Source of the DNA: a bacterium
GTDB lineage: Bacteria; Bacteroidota; Rhodothermia; Balneolales; M1805
Length of the DNA: 64,000 nucleotides
Reading direction: 5' to 3'
NCBI GenBank assembly: GCA_006226965.1
Contig: SBGQ01000018.1
Span: 605 to 64,604, forward strand
Shown: positions 11,030 through 19,990 of the stretch, piece by piece
How the letters are laid out: every line of letters starts with the position of its first letter
Numbering within the stretch: position 1 is the first letter of the stretch
Notes under the pieces: model-generated
Seen by the model: the letters and a program-made list of their open reading frames with translations, nothing else
The model's database searches: none
Told to the model about the DNA's origin: nothing
Translations under genes and position numbers: made by a program

Positions 11030-12099
11030 GATTCGTTTAGATACAAATAATCGTAATGGATAAAGGCTTTTTGATTCTTTTTGCCCATCATCTCCTGAGC
11101 ACTTTCAAGATCGTAACTGGTTTTACCTAAACCTAAGATCTTTCCTTGTTCATCCAATATGCGAACAATATCGCCTTTTTTAAAATGTCCTTCGAGTTTT
11201 TTTATACCAACAGGTAACAAACTGGTGGGTTTTGCAGAAAAAAGGGCATTCTTTGCGCCGGAATCTATTACTACATCACCTTGAAATGAAGAAGTAGAAT
11301 GTGCAATCCATGTTTTTGCTGAGGACACTTTTTTAGCTGGAATAAATCGCGTGCCAAGGTCCGCTTTTTTCAATAAATCAACTAAAATAAAGTCTTTTTT
11401 ACCGTTAGCTATTTGAACTGTAATTCCAAGCTGAGCAGTTTTTTGTGCCATGGTTAATTTGGTCATCATGCCACCTCGGCCAAATTGAGATTTTCCGCTG
11501 GCTTTTACTTCAATGGATGTTTTTTGAGTTGATTTAATCTCAGAAATCAAAGTAGAATCGGCTTCACTAGGATTTCCTGTAAACACGCCATCTACATTGG
11601 TTAAGATGATTAGGGTTGATGCGCCGACCATTCCTGCAACTAAACCGGCCAATTCATCATTATCGGTAAACATCAATTCGGTTACTGAAATCACATCATT
11701 TTCATTTATAATCGGCACAACATCGCATTCAACCATATTCTGTATACAGTTTCGCATATTCAGATAATGGCGTCTATCACGGAAATCTTCTTTTGTTACG
11801 AGAATTTGTGCGCACAGTCGGTTGTATTTGCTAAAAGCTATATTGTAGGTTTCGATAAGTTTGATTTGCCCTAAAGCCGCCCAAAGTTGACGTTTACTAA
11901 TAGGGTCGAGAGTTTGCGAAGGTGACATTATTTGTCGCCCGGATGCAACTGCACCTGAGGAAATGAGCACAACTGCGTAACCCATTTCTTTCAATTGATG
12001 AATTTGTTCGACAATATGTTGAAGGCGAGCAGAGTCTAAAGTTCCGTTTTCGTTAGTTAGAACATTGGACCCGACTTTAATAACGAGGGTTTCTTGCAT
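11026..12099 (-). CDS. proB: Glutamate 5-kinase (with C-terminal PUA domain)
   Basis: 357 aa. [28 protein letters not shown] and a PUA-like C-terminus. Confidence 0.93.
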   Translation of the reverse strand: MQETLVIKVGSNVLTNENGTLDSARLQHIVEQIHQLKEMGYAVVLISSGAVASGRQIMSPSQTLDPISKRQLWAALGQIKLIETYNIAFSKYNRLCAQILVTKEDFRDRRHYLNMRNCIQNMVECDVVPIINENDVISVTELMFTDNDELAGLVAGMVGASTLIILTNVDGVFTGNPSEADSTLISEIKSTQKTSIEVKASGKSQFGRGGMMTKLTMAQKTAQLGITVQIANGKKDFILVDLLKKADLGTRFIPAKKVSSAKTWIAHSTSSFQGDVVIDSGAKNALFSAKPTSLLPVGIKKLEGHFKKGDIVRILDEQGKILGLGKTSYDLESAQEMMGKKNQKAFIHYDYLYLNES

Positions 12100-12121
12100 G
12101 GTAGATGTATAATTCTGATGA

Positions 12122-12150
12122 TTGCATAAAATACGTAAGTGAATTATATT
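12122..12150 (+). promoter_or_regulatory. Sigma-70-like promoter TTGCAT-N17-TATATT
   Basis: TTGCAT at 12122-12127 and TATATT at 12145-12150, with a 17-nt spacer. Its -10 box overlaps the divergent proBA -10 box. Confidence 0.35.
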
Positions 12151-12169
12151 TATTTAAATCGCTGCGCAA
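12143..12169 (-). promoter_or_regulatory. Possible proBA promoter (TTGCGC-N15-TATAAT)
   Basis: On the minus strand, TTGCGC lies at 12169-12164 and a perfect TATAAT at 12148-12143. The 15-nt spacing is short. Confidence 0.25.
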
Positions 12170-12258
12170 GCAGTCCCTTGTTAGCTGAGGCGCAAGGATA
12201 CTATTATTCACTTTGATTTTCAAAGTCCCCCATGATTGCGGTCATGGGGTTTTTTTTT
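12157..12258 (+). ncRNA. Candidate small structured RNA or terminator-type leader (four hairpins, then an intrinsic terminator)
   Basis: Hairpin 1 is CTGC-GCAA-GCAG, with a GNRA loop (12162-12173). Hairpin 2 is CCTTG-N12-CAAGG (12176-12197). Hairpin 3 is ACTTTG-N5-CAAAGT (12210-12226). Hairpin 4 is CCCCATGA-N6-TCATGGGG (12228-12249), followed by nine T (12250-12258). Confidence 0.35.
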
Positions 12259-12858
12259 ATGAAGAGACGTGTAATTGCATTTATTGATGGGTTTAACTTA
12301 TATCACTCTATCGCCAATTTAGCTGATAATTCTTTAAAGTGGTTGGATATTGTAAAGTTGGTTAATCGTAGTTTGTCATCAAATGATGAGTTAATAAAAG
12401 TGTGTTATTTTACAGCTTTACTTGATGATATTAACAAAAGAAATCGACATCAAAATTATATAAGAGCATTAGAAACATTACATGTAGAAGTACATTACGG
12501 AAGATTTAGATTGTCTAGCAAACGCTCGATTGATAAAGGTTGGGTAAAAGTACTTGAAGAAAAAGAAACAGATGTTAATATTGCAATTCAGATGATTCGA
12601 CTTGCATTTCAAGACCAGTATGATCAAGCTGTGTTAATTTCTGCCGATTCTGACCAAGTTCCTACACTTAAACTTATAACTACAGAATTAGGTAAAGAAG
12701 TCCGTTTACTTTTGCCTCCGAATAGTAAAGCTGATGAATTGAAAACGGTTTCAACAGTATTTGAAAGATTAACAAGAGATAAGATTGAGTCTTGCAAATT
12801 ACCCATTGAAATAGAGTTATCTTCGGGTAAAAAAATTAAAAAACCCTTGGAATGGTAA
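12259..12858 (+). CDS. NYN (LabA/PIN-like) domain protein, putative RNase
   Basis: VIAFIDGFNLYHS, EKETDVNIAIQM and ISADSDQVP are the acidic-residue blocks of NYN domains. I chose the ATG at 12259 because the longer ORF (from 12232) would begin inside the terminator hairpin. Confidence 0.65.
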   Translation: MKRRVIAFIDGFNLYHSIANLADNSLKWLDIVKLVNRSLSSNDELIKVCYFTALLDDINKRNRHQNYIRALETLHVEVHYGRFRLSSKRSIDKGWVKVLEEKETDVNIAIQMIRLAFQDQYDQAVLISADSDQVPTLKLITTELGKEVRLLLPPNSKADELKTVSTVFERLTRDKIESCKLPIEIELSSGKKIKKPLEW

Positions 12859-12922
12859 AAACGAGTAATGAAAAGATTCAAATTTTAAGGCTGTACTTTT
12901 TTTCACAAAATGAATTGTATAC

Positions 12923-13687
12923 TTAATTCTTACTATCTCCGTCGTATGTATTTGTCCAACCGACATACAACTCCCGAACCTCATTCACTTTTTCGTCCAG
13001 ATTTTCATTAGTCCAATCTTTAGTAGATATAGGCGGGTTCACATGAATAGTAATGGTTCCGCTTTTAAAGAAAAGAGAAGAGGATGGAGATAAGTTAAAA
13101 GAGTTTTCATAGTACAGCGGAACGATTGGATAACCAATGTCTTTCGCAGTGTGGAAAGCTCCTTTTTTGAATTTGCCGACTCTGTCTTCATGTTTACGAG
13201 TGCCTTCAGGAGCAATCACCAAGCTTAATTTTTTTCTGATAACACGTTCATAAGCACGTTTCAGTGATTTTACTGCTTTTTCTGATGTGCCTCGATTTAT
13301 AAAAACTTGTCCGGTTGCTAATCCGATAATCCCGAAAACCGGATTGTAAATAAGCTCATATTTTGCAACATAACGTGCGCTTTTCAATCCGACAGATAAG
13401 GTAATCGGAATATCTAAAGTCGATGTATGATTAAAGATATAAACGGCAGGCTCATCGGGAAGAGGGGCGTGAAAAATGATTTCACGTTTTATGCCCATCA
13501 AAAAGAAAGCAACAACACCAATTGTCTTTCCGAATGTGTTAATGAGCCAATTATTGAGTACACCCCAAGTAAGTAGATTAATGAGTGCAACGAGTAATCC
13601 TGCACTTATAAAAACGATTGCTAATATGAACAGAGCAAAGATTGATCTGAATTTTTCCCCAAAAGTGAATGTAGTAGTCTGAGCCAT
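12923..13687 (-). CDS. plsC: 1-acyl-sn-glycerol-3-phosphate acyltransferase
   Basis: 254 aa. It has an N-terminal TM segment, the NHTSTLD (HX4D) motif and the APEGTR motif. Confidence 0.8.
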   Translation of the reverse strand: MAQTTTFTFGEKFRSIFALFILAIVFISAGLLVALINLLTWGVLNNWLINTFGKTIGVVAFFLMGIKREIIFHAPLPDEPAVYIFNHTSTLDIPITLSVGLKSARYVAKYELIYNPVFGIIGLATGQVFINRGTSEKAVKSLKRAYERVIRKKLSLVIAPEGTRKHEDRVGKFKKGAFHTAKDIGYPIVPLYYENSFNLSPSSSLFFKSGTITIHVNPPISTKDWTNENLDEKVNEVRELYVGWTNTYDGDSKN

Positions 13688-13892
13688 GTAATTTTAAAAT
13701 GAATGCGCGTGTAATATAAACGGATTTTTTAAAACGGATTCCATTCCACATCGGCAAAAGCAAAAAGAAGAGCTGATTTTTTGAGAGAAAATGTAAAATT
13801 TACAGTAAAAGATGCGTTCAATCAAAAATAGAAAAGCGCTTTTCTTGTTCAATCGAATTATATTTGCGCCGAAATTAAAGGAAGAGTTTACC

Positions 13893-14990
13893 ATGAAATT
13901 TGCCGTAGTACCAGAACATATCAGAGATTTGCAGCCATATAAAGCAGGAAAAACATTGCAAGAGGTATTGGATGTGTATAAGCCTGAACGTATTGCAAAA
14001 CTTGCATCAAATGAAAACAGAATGGGTTGCAGCCCGGCTGCGTTAAAAGCTGCGCAAGATACATTTGGTCAAATCATGAATTATCCCGACCCAAGTTCCA
14101 GAGCATTACGAGCGGAAATTGCAAAAATGCACGGAATAAAGCCGGAAAATGTAATTGCCGGAAATGGTTCAGAAGGAGTAATGAGTTTAATAACCAGAAC
14201 TTTTTTTAAAGACACCGACCAAGCTCTGACAGCTGCCGGTACATTCATCGGATTTTGGGTGTTGATTAATTCCCGAGGCGTAAAATTGGTGAAAGTGCCG
14301 CTTACTCAAAACTATGCGTTCGATTTACAAGCCTTAGCTGATGCAATCACGGAAGAAACCAGAGTTGTTTATTTGGCAAATCCTAATAACCCAACCGGTA
14401 CATATTTCACAAAGCAGGAATTTGAATGGTTTATGACTCAGGTTCCCGAACATGTACTCGTAATTATGGATGAAGCCTATTACGAATATGCAAAAGATGA
14501 ACCAAATTATCCGGATTCAATGAGATACAGAATGGATAATGTGATTACACTCCGAACATTTTCAAAAGGATATGGCTTAGCGGGATTCCGAGTCGGTTAC
14601 GGAATGGCACACGAAGATTTAATCGGAAATCTAATGAAAGTAAAATTGCCGTTCGAGCCGGGTTCTCCCTCACAAGCTGCTGCATTGGCTGCATTAAGAG
14701 ATACGGAATTCATTGAGCGTTCTGTTGAATTAGTACTTCGGGGAAAAGAACGCTTATATGCGTTTTTAGATAAAAAAGGTATGAACTATGTTAAATCAGC
14801 CTCAAATTCAGTGATGATGGTATTCGATAATGAAAATGACGCTGCACATTTCACAGATAAGATGTTAGAGCGTGGAGTTGTTCTCAGACATTTGCCGGCC
14901 TTTGGCATCCCAGAAGGAGTTCGAATAACAATTGGTTTAGAAGAAGATATGACTCAGTTTGAATGGGCGTTTGAGCAGGTTGTGAAGTAA
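13893..14990 (+). CDS. hisC: Histidinol-phosphate aminotransferase (class II aminotransferase)
   Basis: LASNENRMGCSP, NPNNPTG, and TFSKGYGLAGFRVGY with the PLP lysine. I chose the ATG at 13893 because the upstream 27 codons look non-coding. Confidence 0.8.
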   Translation: MKFAVVPEHIRDLQPYKAGKTLQEVLDVYKPERIAKLASNENRMGCSPAALKAAQDTFGQIMNYPDPSSRALRAEIAKMHGIKPENVIAGNGSEGVMSLITRTFFKDTDQALTAAGTFIGFWVLINSRGVKLVKVPLTQNYAFDLQALADAITEETRVVYLANPNNPTGTYFTKQEFEWFMTQVPEHVLVIMDEAYYEYAKDEPNYPDSMRYRMDNVITLRTFSKGYGLAGFRVGYGMAHEDLIGNLMKVKLPFEPGSPSQAAALAALRDTEFIERSVELVLRGKERLYAFLDKKGMNYVKSASNSVMMVFDNENDAAHFTDKMLERGVVLRHLPAFGIPEGVRITIGLEEDMTQFEWAFEQVVK

Positions 14991-15112
14991 TCCAGTCCAC
15001 ATCAAGTTATTGTTTCCCTTTCTCATAATTACTTTTCTCAATCATTGATAGCATCATTTGATTTTTGTACAATGCAAGTACTTAAGAAATTGGTTATTTA
15101 TGTGATGGTAAT

Positions 15113-16168
15113 ATGATGGAAGTGTTAGAGTATGCATTAAAAGTCTCTTCGATTTTTATTTTTGGTGCGCTGGTTATTTATTGGGTGAACGGGAAGAATA
15201 TCGTAATGCGATTTGTGTCGTTCGCTATACCGCTTTCCTTTATAGCCATGATTATAGTTTACGCGGTGCATGTTCAATTTCAAGGAGATTTTTGGGCGGG
15301 AATAATCGGATACGGTTTGTTTGTGCTGAGCGCATTTTTAGCCTTAGAGGGTTTGGGAAGATTTTTGATGAAACGGGTAATGCAGCAATTAAAAAAGATT
15401 TCAACTTCTACAGAATCATTAAACAAAAGCATTAGTCAGAATTCGAATCGGACTACTCAGATGAGCCATTCCTACATGCGTCAGGCATCAGAAATTAAGC
15501 AGGTAAAGCATATGCTGGATCAAATGAATGAAGCATCACAAAAGAATATTTCACTGGTCGGTAAAAACACAAAGTTAACGATGGAAATTGCCGGAAAAGC
15601 AAAAGATGTTGAACGTGCATCTGAACAGGTTCAAACGGCCATAAGTAATATGGAAACAAGTGTTAATGAAATTTCTAAGATTGTGAATTCCATACAAAGC
15701 ATTGCGTTTCAAACCAATTTATTGGCCTTGAATGCATCAGTTGAAGCAGCTAGAGCCGGAGCTGCCGGAACAGGATTTGCGGTTGTAGCTGAAGAAGTAC
15801 GTAACCTGGCATTAAAAGCATCGGAAGCGGCATCAAACACACAACAAATTATTGATCAAAATTTGGGCGATATCCATAAAGGAATTGAGTCGGCACAAAC
15901 AATGTATGAGTTGTTTAAGAATTTAAATTCGAATGTATTACAAACAAAAGAAGTAGCTGAGCAAGTGGCTCATATTTCCGGAGAGCAGACGGAATGGGTA
16001 AAAAACGGACATCATGGAATTGAAGTCATTTTTCCGATGATACAACAAGGAGTACAGGGCGCAGAAGAAACATTAAAAGACAATCGCCAGATTGAGAGTA
16101 ATATGCAGGAATTGAGTTCCGGATTAGATGATTTGTATACAGTTGTGAGAGGTTTTTCGAAGAGATAG
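15113..16168 (+). CDS. Methyl-accepting chemotaxis protein (short; two N-terminal TM segments)
   Basis: The highly conserved signalling hairpin [37 protein letters not shown] is present. Confidence 0.85.
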   Translation: MMEVLEYALKVSSIFIFGALVIYWVNGKNIVMRFVSFAIPLSFIAMIIVYAVHVQFQGDFWAGIIGYGLFVLSAFLALEGLGRFLMKRVMQQLKKISTSTESLNKSISQNSNRTTQMSHSYMRQASEIKQVKHMLDQMNEASQKNISLVGKNTKLTMEIAGKAKDVERASEQVQTAISNMETSVNEISKIVNSIQSIAFQTNLLALNASVEAARAGAAGTGFAVVAEEVRNLALKASEAASNTQQIIDQNLGDIHKGIESAQTMYELFKNLNSNVLQTKEVAEQVAHISGEQTEWVKNGHHGIEVIFPMIQQGVQGAEETLKDNRQIESNMQELSSGLDDLYTVVRGFSKR

Positions 16169-16183
16169 ATAAAAACTAATAAA

Positions 16184-16220
16184 AAAAGCCGCTTTATTTA
16201 AGATAAAGCGGCTTTTTTTG
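16184..16220 (+). terminator. Bidirectional rho-independent terminator (MCP gene / tRNA)
   Basis: AGCCGCTTTAT (16187-16197) pairs with ATAAAGCGGCT (16203-16213). It is flanked by an A-run upstream and a T-run downstream. Confidence 0.7.
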
Positions 16221-16294
16221 TGGGCCCAGAGGGACTTGAACCCCCGACCAATCGATTATGAGTCGACTGCTCTAACCGACTGAGCTATGGGCCC
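16221..16294 (-). tRNA. tRNA with CAT anticodon (elongator Met, or tRNA-Ile2 read after lysidine modification)
   Basis: The reverse complement is GGGCCCATAGCTCAGTCGGTTAGAGCAGTCGACTCATAATCGATTGGTCGGGGGTTCAAGTCCCTCTGGGCCCA. It forms a cloverleaf with a 7-bp acceptor stem, a GTTCAAGTC T-loop and a CTCATAA anticodon loop. Confidence 0.9.
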
Positions 16295-16507
16295 GGTTAG
16301 ACTTTTGCAAGGCGCGAAATTTACAAGATTAGGCTTCTTTTCACAAGCTAATTTTTTTTCCGAACTCAATTCCTTTCATAAAACTTAAATCAGACACTTG
16401 ATTTTGCAATTTATTGTAACAGAATCACAGATAGCGTAACAATTTCAGTCTTATAGACTCAAGTTTTCTATTTTGTTCTGTTGTTTTTGATTTAATTCTC
16501 ATGATGT

Positions 16508-19003
16508 ATGTTTAAAAGTAATGCGTTCTCAATTTTGTTTAAACTAGTATTTAGTTTAGGGTTTGTCGTTCAGGTTTCAGCGCAGTCTGCTTCGGTAACG
16601 TTTCGCGTAAATATGAGCAATTCTATTCGACAAGGTTTGTTTGATGAGAAAACAGAGTTTGTGGATGTTGCCGGAAGCTTTAATAATTGGGGAAACACGC
16701 TTCTAAAGCTCACTAAAGGGGAAAATGATTCTATTTATTATCGAACAGTTACCGGATTTACGGTAGGTCAATCTTTTGAGTTTAAATTTAGGATAAACGG
16801 TCAATGGCTTGGCAGAGAAGAGTTTTCGGGCGGCGGTGATAATCGGAAGTTTACAGTTTCTAAAACGCAGGATTCTTTATTGGTTTGGTATAATGATGAG
16901 GAACCGAAAATCGGTCCGCCGATAAGTTCATTTAGCGCCTTAACGACCGATTTGGTTGTCGGGCAACAAATTGTATTTACGAATACATCAAGCGGAAATA
17001 TTGATTCTTTTCAATGGGATTTTGAAGGCGGAATTCCGGCTACATCAACAGAAAAAAATCCACTGGTTGCTTATCCACAAGCCGGGACATATTCTGTGAG
17101 ACTTATCGCATCAAATGAAGGCGGAGAAGCCGATACCTTGTTGATGGAAGAGTATATCTCGGTATCAAACACAAAAGAATCCTTAGCAAAATGGTGGAAC
17201 GACCGTGTGTTTTATGAAATTTTTGTGCGCAGTTTTTACGATTCTGACGGCGATGGAATCGGGGATATAAACGGAATAATCGAAAAGTTAGATTATTTGA
17301 ATGATGGCGATCCGAACACAAAAGATGATTTGGGAATCGGCGGAATCTGGCTTATGCCTGTAAATCCGTCGCCCAGTTATCACGGTTACGACGTTACGAA
17401 TTACAAAGAAATTAACCCGCAATACGGAACTTTGGATGATTTCAAACGCTTAGTTCAGGAAGCGCATAATCGGGGAATTGCCATAATTATTGATTATGTC
17501 ATGAATCACACTTCAACCGAGCATCCTTGGTTTCAACAATCAAAGAATAATAATCCAACATATCGAGATTATTATGTGTGGAGCGCAACAAATCCGGCTA
17601 CTGTAGGTCCGTGGGGGCAAGATGTTTGGCACAGTTCGAACGGTAGTTATTATTACGGAATTTTTTGGGGAGGAATGCCTGATTTGAACTATTCGAACGA
17701 GGCAGTGAAAGATAGTATGTTTGATGCGGCTTCATTTTGGATTAATGAAACAGGAGTTGATGGTTTCAGGCTTGATGCGGTAAAATACATTTTCGAAGAC
17801 GGTTCCATTATGGAAGATTTACCGGCTACGCATGAGTTCTTCGGTGATTTTTCTGCGCACATTAAACAAGATAATCCTGATGTATTTACCGTCGGTGAAG
17901 CTTGGACATCAACCGAGAAAGTGCTTGAATACGTAATTCCGAACCGAATAGACTATTGTTTCGAATTTGATGTAGCGGAATCTATTCTGCAAAGTGTGTT
18001 GGATGCAAATACAACATCAATGCGTAAGGCGTTTACGAATGCCTATTATTCGTATCCTGATAAACAGTTTGGTGTGTTTTTAACCAATCATGACCAAAAT
18101 CGGGTGAATAATGTGCTTTTAGATTCCATTCCGATGAATAAGGTGGCGGCATCGATGTATTTAACCCTTCCTGGCGTTCCATATCTCTATTACGGTGAGG
18201 AAATCGGGATGAGCGGACTTAAACCGGATGAATATATTCGTACTCCGATGATGTGGAATGCGTCTTCAAATGCAGGTTTTACTACCGGAAATCCGTGGTT
18301 GAGAGTAAATTCAGAATACAGCAAAAAGAATGTGGCGAGTTTATCGGATGACAGCAACTCTCTTTTCTCTCATTATAGAAATTTGATTCAAGCGAGAAAT
18401 ACATTTGCAGAATTACGCAGAGGTAACTTTACTTTTTTCCCGACTGATGATGATGAAATAGTGGTTTATAGCCGTTCAACACAGGTTTCAAACGTAGATT
18501 CAACACTAATGGTGTTAATAAATGTGAGCTCAAACAGTATGTATGATGCTGTTATTCATCCGATTGGTATAGATACAGAGATTCTGAATTATCAATTAGA
18601 AGATGTCATAACAGGAAAGAAAATAAACTTGGTTTCTAATGGTGACGGAAGTTATTCCTTGCCTGTTTTAGAAGCGTACGAAACTATAATCGCAAGAGCG
18701 GTGCCAATAACTGTCGCGATTGAACCACCCCAAAAAGCAAGTCGATTTGAGTTGTATCAGGCTTATCCGAATCCGTTTAATCCAAGTACAACGCTTTCCT
18801 TTCACTTAGACAAAGCAAGTGATGTACGTTTATGTGTGTATGATGCGCTTGGAAGAGAAGTACAACGGTTGCTTCAAGAACCCATGCAAGCAGGTTTTCA
18901 TAAAATTACGTTTGATGCGAGTACGTTGGCAAGCGGAGTATATATGTATCAATTACGAACTGCTTCTGGTGTGTTAACTCAAAAAATGACCTTGTTGAAG
19001 TAA
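16508..19003 (+). CDS. Secreted GH13 alpha-amylase-family glycosidase with an N-terminal carbohydrate-binding beta-sandwich, a PKD domain and a T9SS C-terminal sorting domain
   Basis: It has a signal peptide and all four GH13 regions: DYVMNHTS, GFRLDAVKY, VGEAW and FLTNHDQNR. The PKD-like segment is WDFEGG...GTYSVRLIASN. The C-terminal tail is YPNPFNPSTTLSF...GVYMYQL...KMTLLK. Confidence 0.9.
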   Translation: MFKSNAFSILFKLVFSLGFVVQVSAQSASVTFRVNMSNSIRQGLFDEKTEFVDVAGSFNNWGNTLLKLTKGENDSIYYRTVTGFTVGQSFEFKFRINGQWLGREEFSGGGDNRKFTVSKTQDSLLVWYNDEEPKIGPPISSFSALTTDLVVGQQIVFTNTSSGNIDSFQWDFEGGIPATSTEKNPLVAYPQAGTYSVRLIASNEGGEADTLLMEEYISVSNTKESLAKWWNDRVFYEIFVRSFYDSDGDGIGDINGIIEKLDYLNDGDPNTKDDLGIGGIWLMPVNPSPSYHGYDVTNYKEINPQYGTLDDFKRLVQEAHNRGIAIIIDYVMNHTSTEHPWFQQSKNNNPTYRDYYVWSATNPATVGPWGQDVWHSSNGSYYYGIFWGGMPDLNYSNEAVKDSMFDAASFWINETGVDGFRLDAVKYIFEDGSIMEDLPATHEFFGDFSAHIKQDNPDVFTVGEAWTSTEKVLEYVIPNRIDYCFEFDVAESILQSVLDANTTSMRKAFTNAYYSYPDKQFGVFLTNHDQNRVNNVLLDSIPMNKVAASMYLTLPGVPYLYYGEEIGMSGLKPDEYIRTPMMWNASSNAGFTTGNPWLRVNSEYSKKNVASLSDDSNSLFSHYRNLIQARNTFAELRRGNFTFFPTDDDEIVVYSRSTQVSNVDSTLMVLINVSSNSMYDAVIHPIGIDTEILNYQLEDVITGKKINLVSNGDGSYSLPVLEAYETIIARAVPITVAIEPPQKASRFELYQAYPNPFNPSTTLSFHLDKASDVRLCVYDALGREVQRLLQEPMQAGFHKITFDASTLASGVYMYQLRTASGVLTQKMTLLK

Positions 19004-19133
19004 GTGTTTACAGCTTTTTTTCGCTTTTAAACACTAAATAAACTACAACGACTAAGCTTAAAACGATTGAAACCGGAATGTGATTTTAAGTTGATCTACT
19101 TCGCCACGGAAAAACAAAGCAATTAGGCGCATA

Positions 19134-19976
19134 CTATAAATGTTCTTCAATTTCGGTAATTAGGTTTTCAAAACCACGATGAAAAGCTTTTAAATGATGT
19201 TCTTTTTCTAAATAAAGCTCATCATGATAGGTTTGAAATTCAGCTTTTATGTCAGCAGTTAAATATTCACCTTTTTCCATCACGCATTGCTCAAGCAATA
19301 AACCCACATTTACAAGGTCGTGCCAATCACCTAAAATCTCAGTAATCGGAACACACCATTTGGGATGGATTAACAATCGGTCTTTATAATCTTCTTTGCG
19401 AATAAATCGAAGGGTGTAATACAGCATTTTCAACAATCGACGAATCTCATGATAGGTCTCGTCGCTTACATATTTTGTTATAAGAGCGCGAGAAACAGTT
19501 GAAATGATTTCGTGAGAATACTGATTGATGAGCTCCATCACAATTTTATTCTTTTTGTGCTCATCAAGTGACTTATACGCTTTTTTTAGAGCTTTTTTAT
19601 CCGGTGATTCAAACGTTTTGAGAGCTTCAAAAACTCGGTGATGATGAATTTCTTTTTGTTCGTTAAGATAATTCAGAATAAAAGGAGTGCTAAGGGGAAA
19701 CGACTCTTGTTTCCTTATGAAAAATTCTTCGAGAACACACAAATCTCGAAACGAACCGCTTCGCTCATGTAAGTCTTTGTAGGGTTTCCATAACTTTTTT
19801 GAGTTAATTTCATCCGGAGAAAGCCATTCCATCAAGTGAAAAGCCGTTCGTTGACGTTTTAAAATCAGACGAAGTTTATGCACCCAATCTGAAGTAATTT
19901 CGACAGGTACGGCTTCAGTATGTTTATTAAAAGCACGAACTTGTTTATTGATAAACGGGCGAAGAATAGCTTTCAT
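19134..19976 (-). CDS. CHAD domain-containing protein
   Basis: 280 aa, all-helical and His-rich. VHKLRLILKRQRTAFHLM, HEIRRLLKMLYYTLRFI and ILGDWHDLVNV resemble the conserved CHAD blocks. Confidence 0.55.
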   Translation of the reverse strand: MKAILRPFINKQVRAFNKHTEAVPVEITSDWVHKLRLILKRQRTAFHLMEWLSPDEINSKKLWKPYKDLHERSGSFRDLCVLEEFFIRKQESFPLSTPFILNYLNEQKEIHHHRVFEALKTFESPDKKALKKAYKSLDEHKKNKIVMELINQYSHEIISTVSRALITKYVSDETYHEIRRLLKMLYYTLRFIRKEDYKDRLLIHPKWCVPITEILGDWHDLVNVGLLLEQCVMEKGEYLTADIKAEFQTYHDELYLEKEHHLKAFHRGFENLITEIEEHL

Positions 19977-19990
19977 CCGAATGACCCCAA

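Noticed and set aside
16295-16507. A genomic island or integrase next to the tRNA gene.
   Set aside because: No integrase, direct repeat of the tRNA 3' end or mobile-element gene follows the tRNA. The neighbours are an MCP gene and a GH13 gene of normal composition.
19004-19060. Hairpin GTGTTTA-N16-TAAACAC after the amylase gene, considered as a terminator.
   Set aside because: The stem is only 7 bp and AT-rich, the loop is 16 nt and no U-tract follows. The evidence is insufficient.
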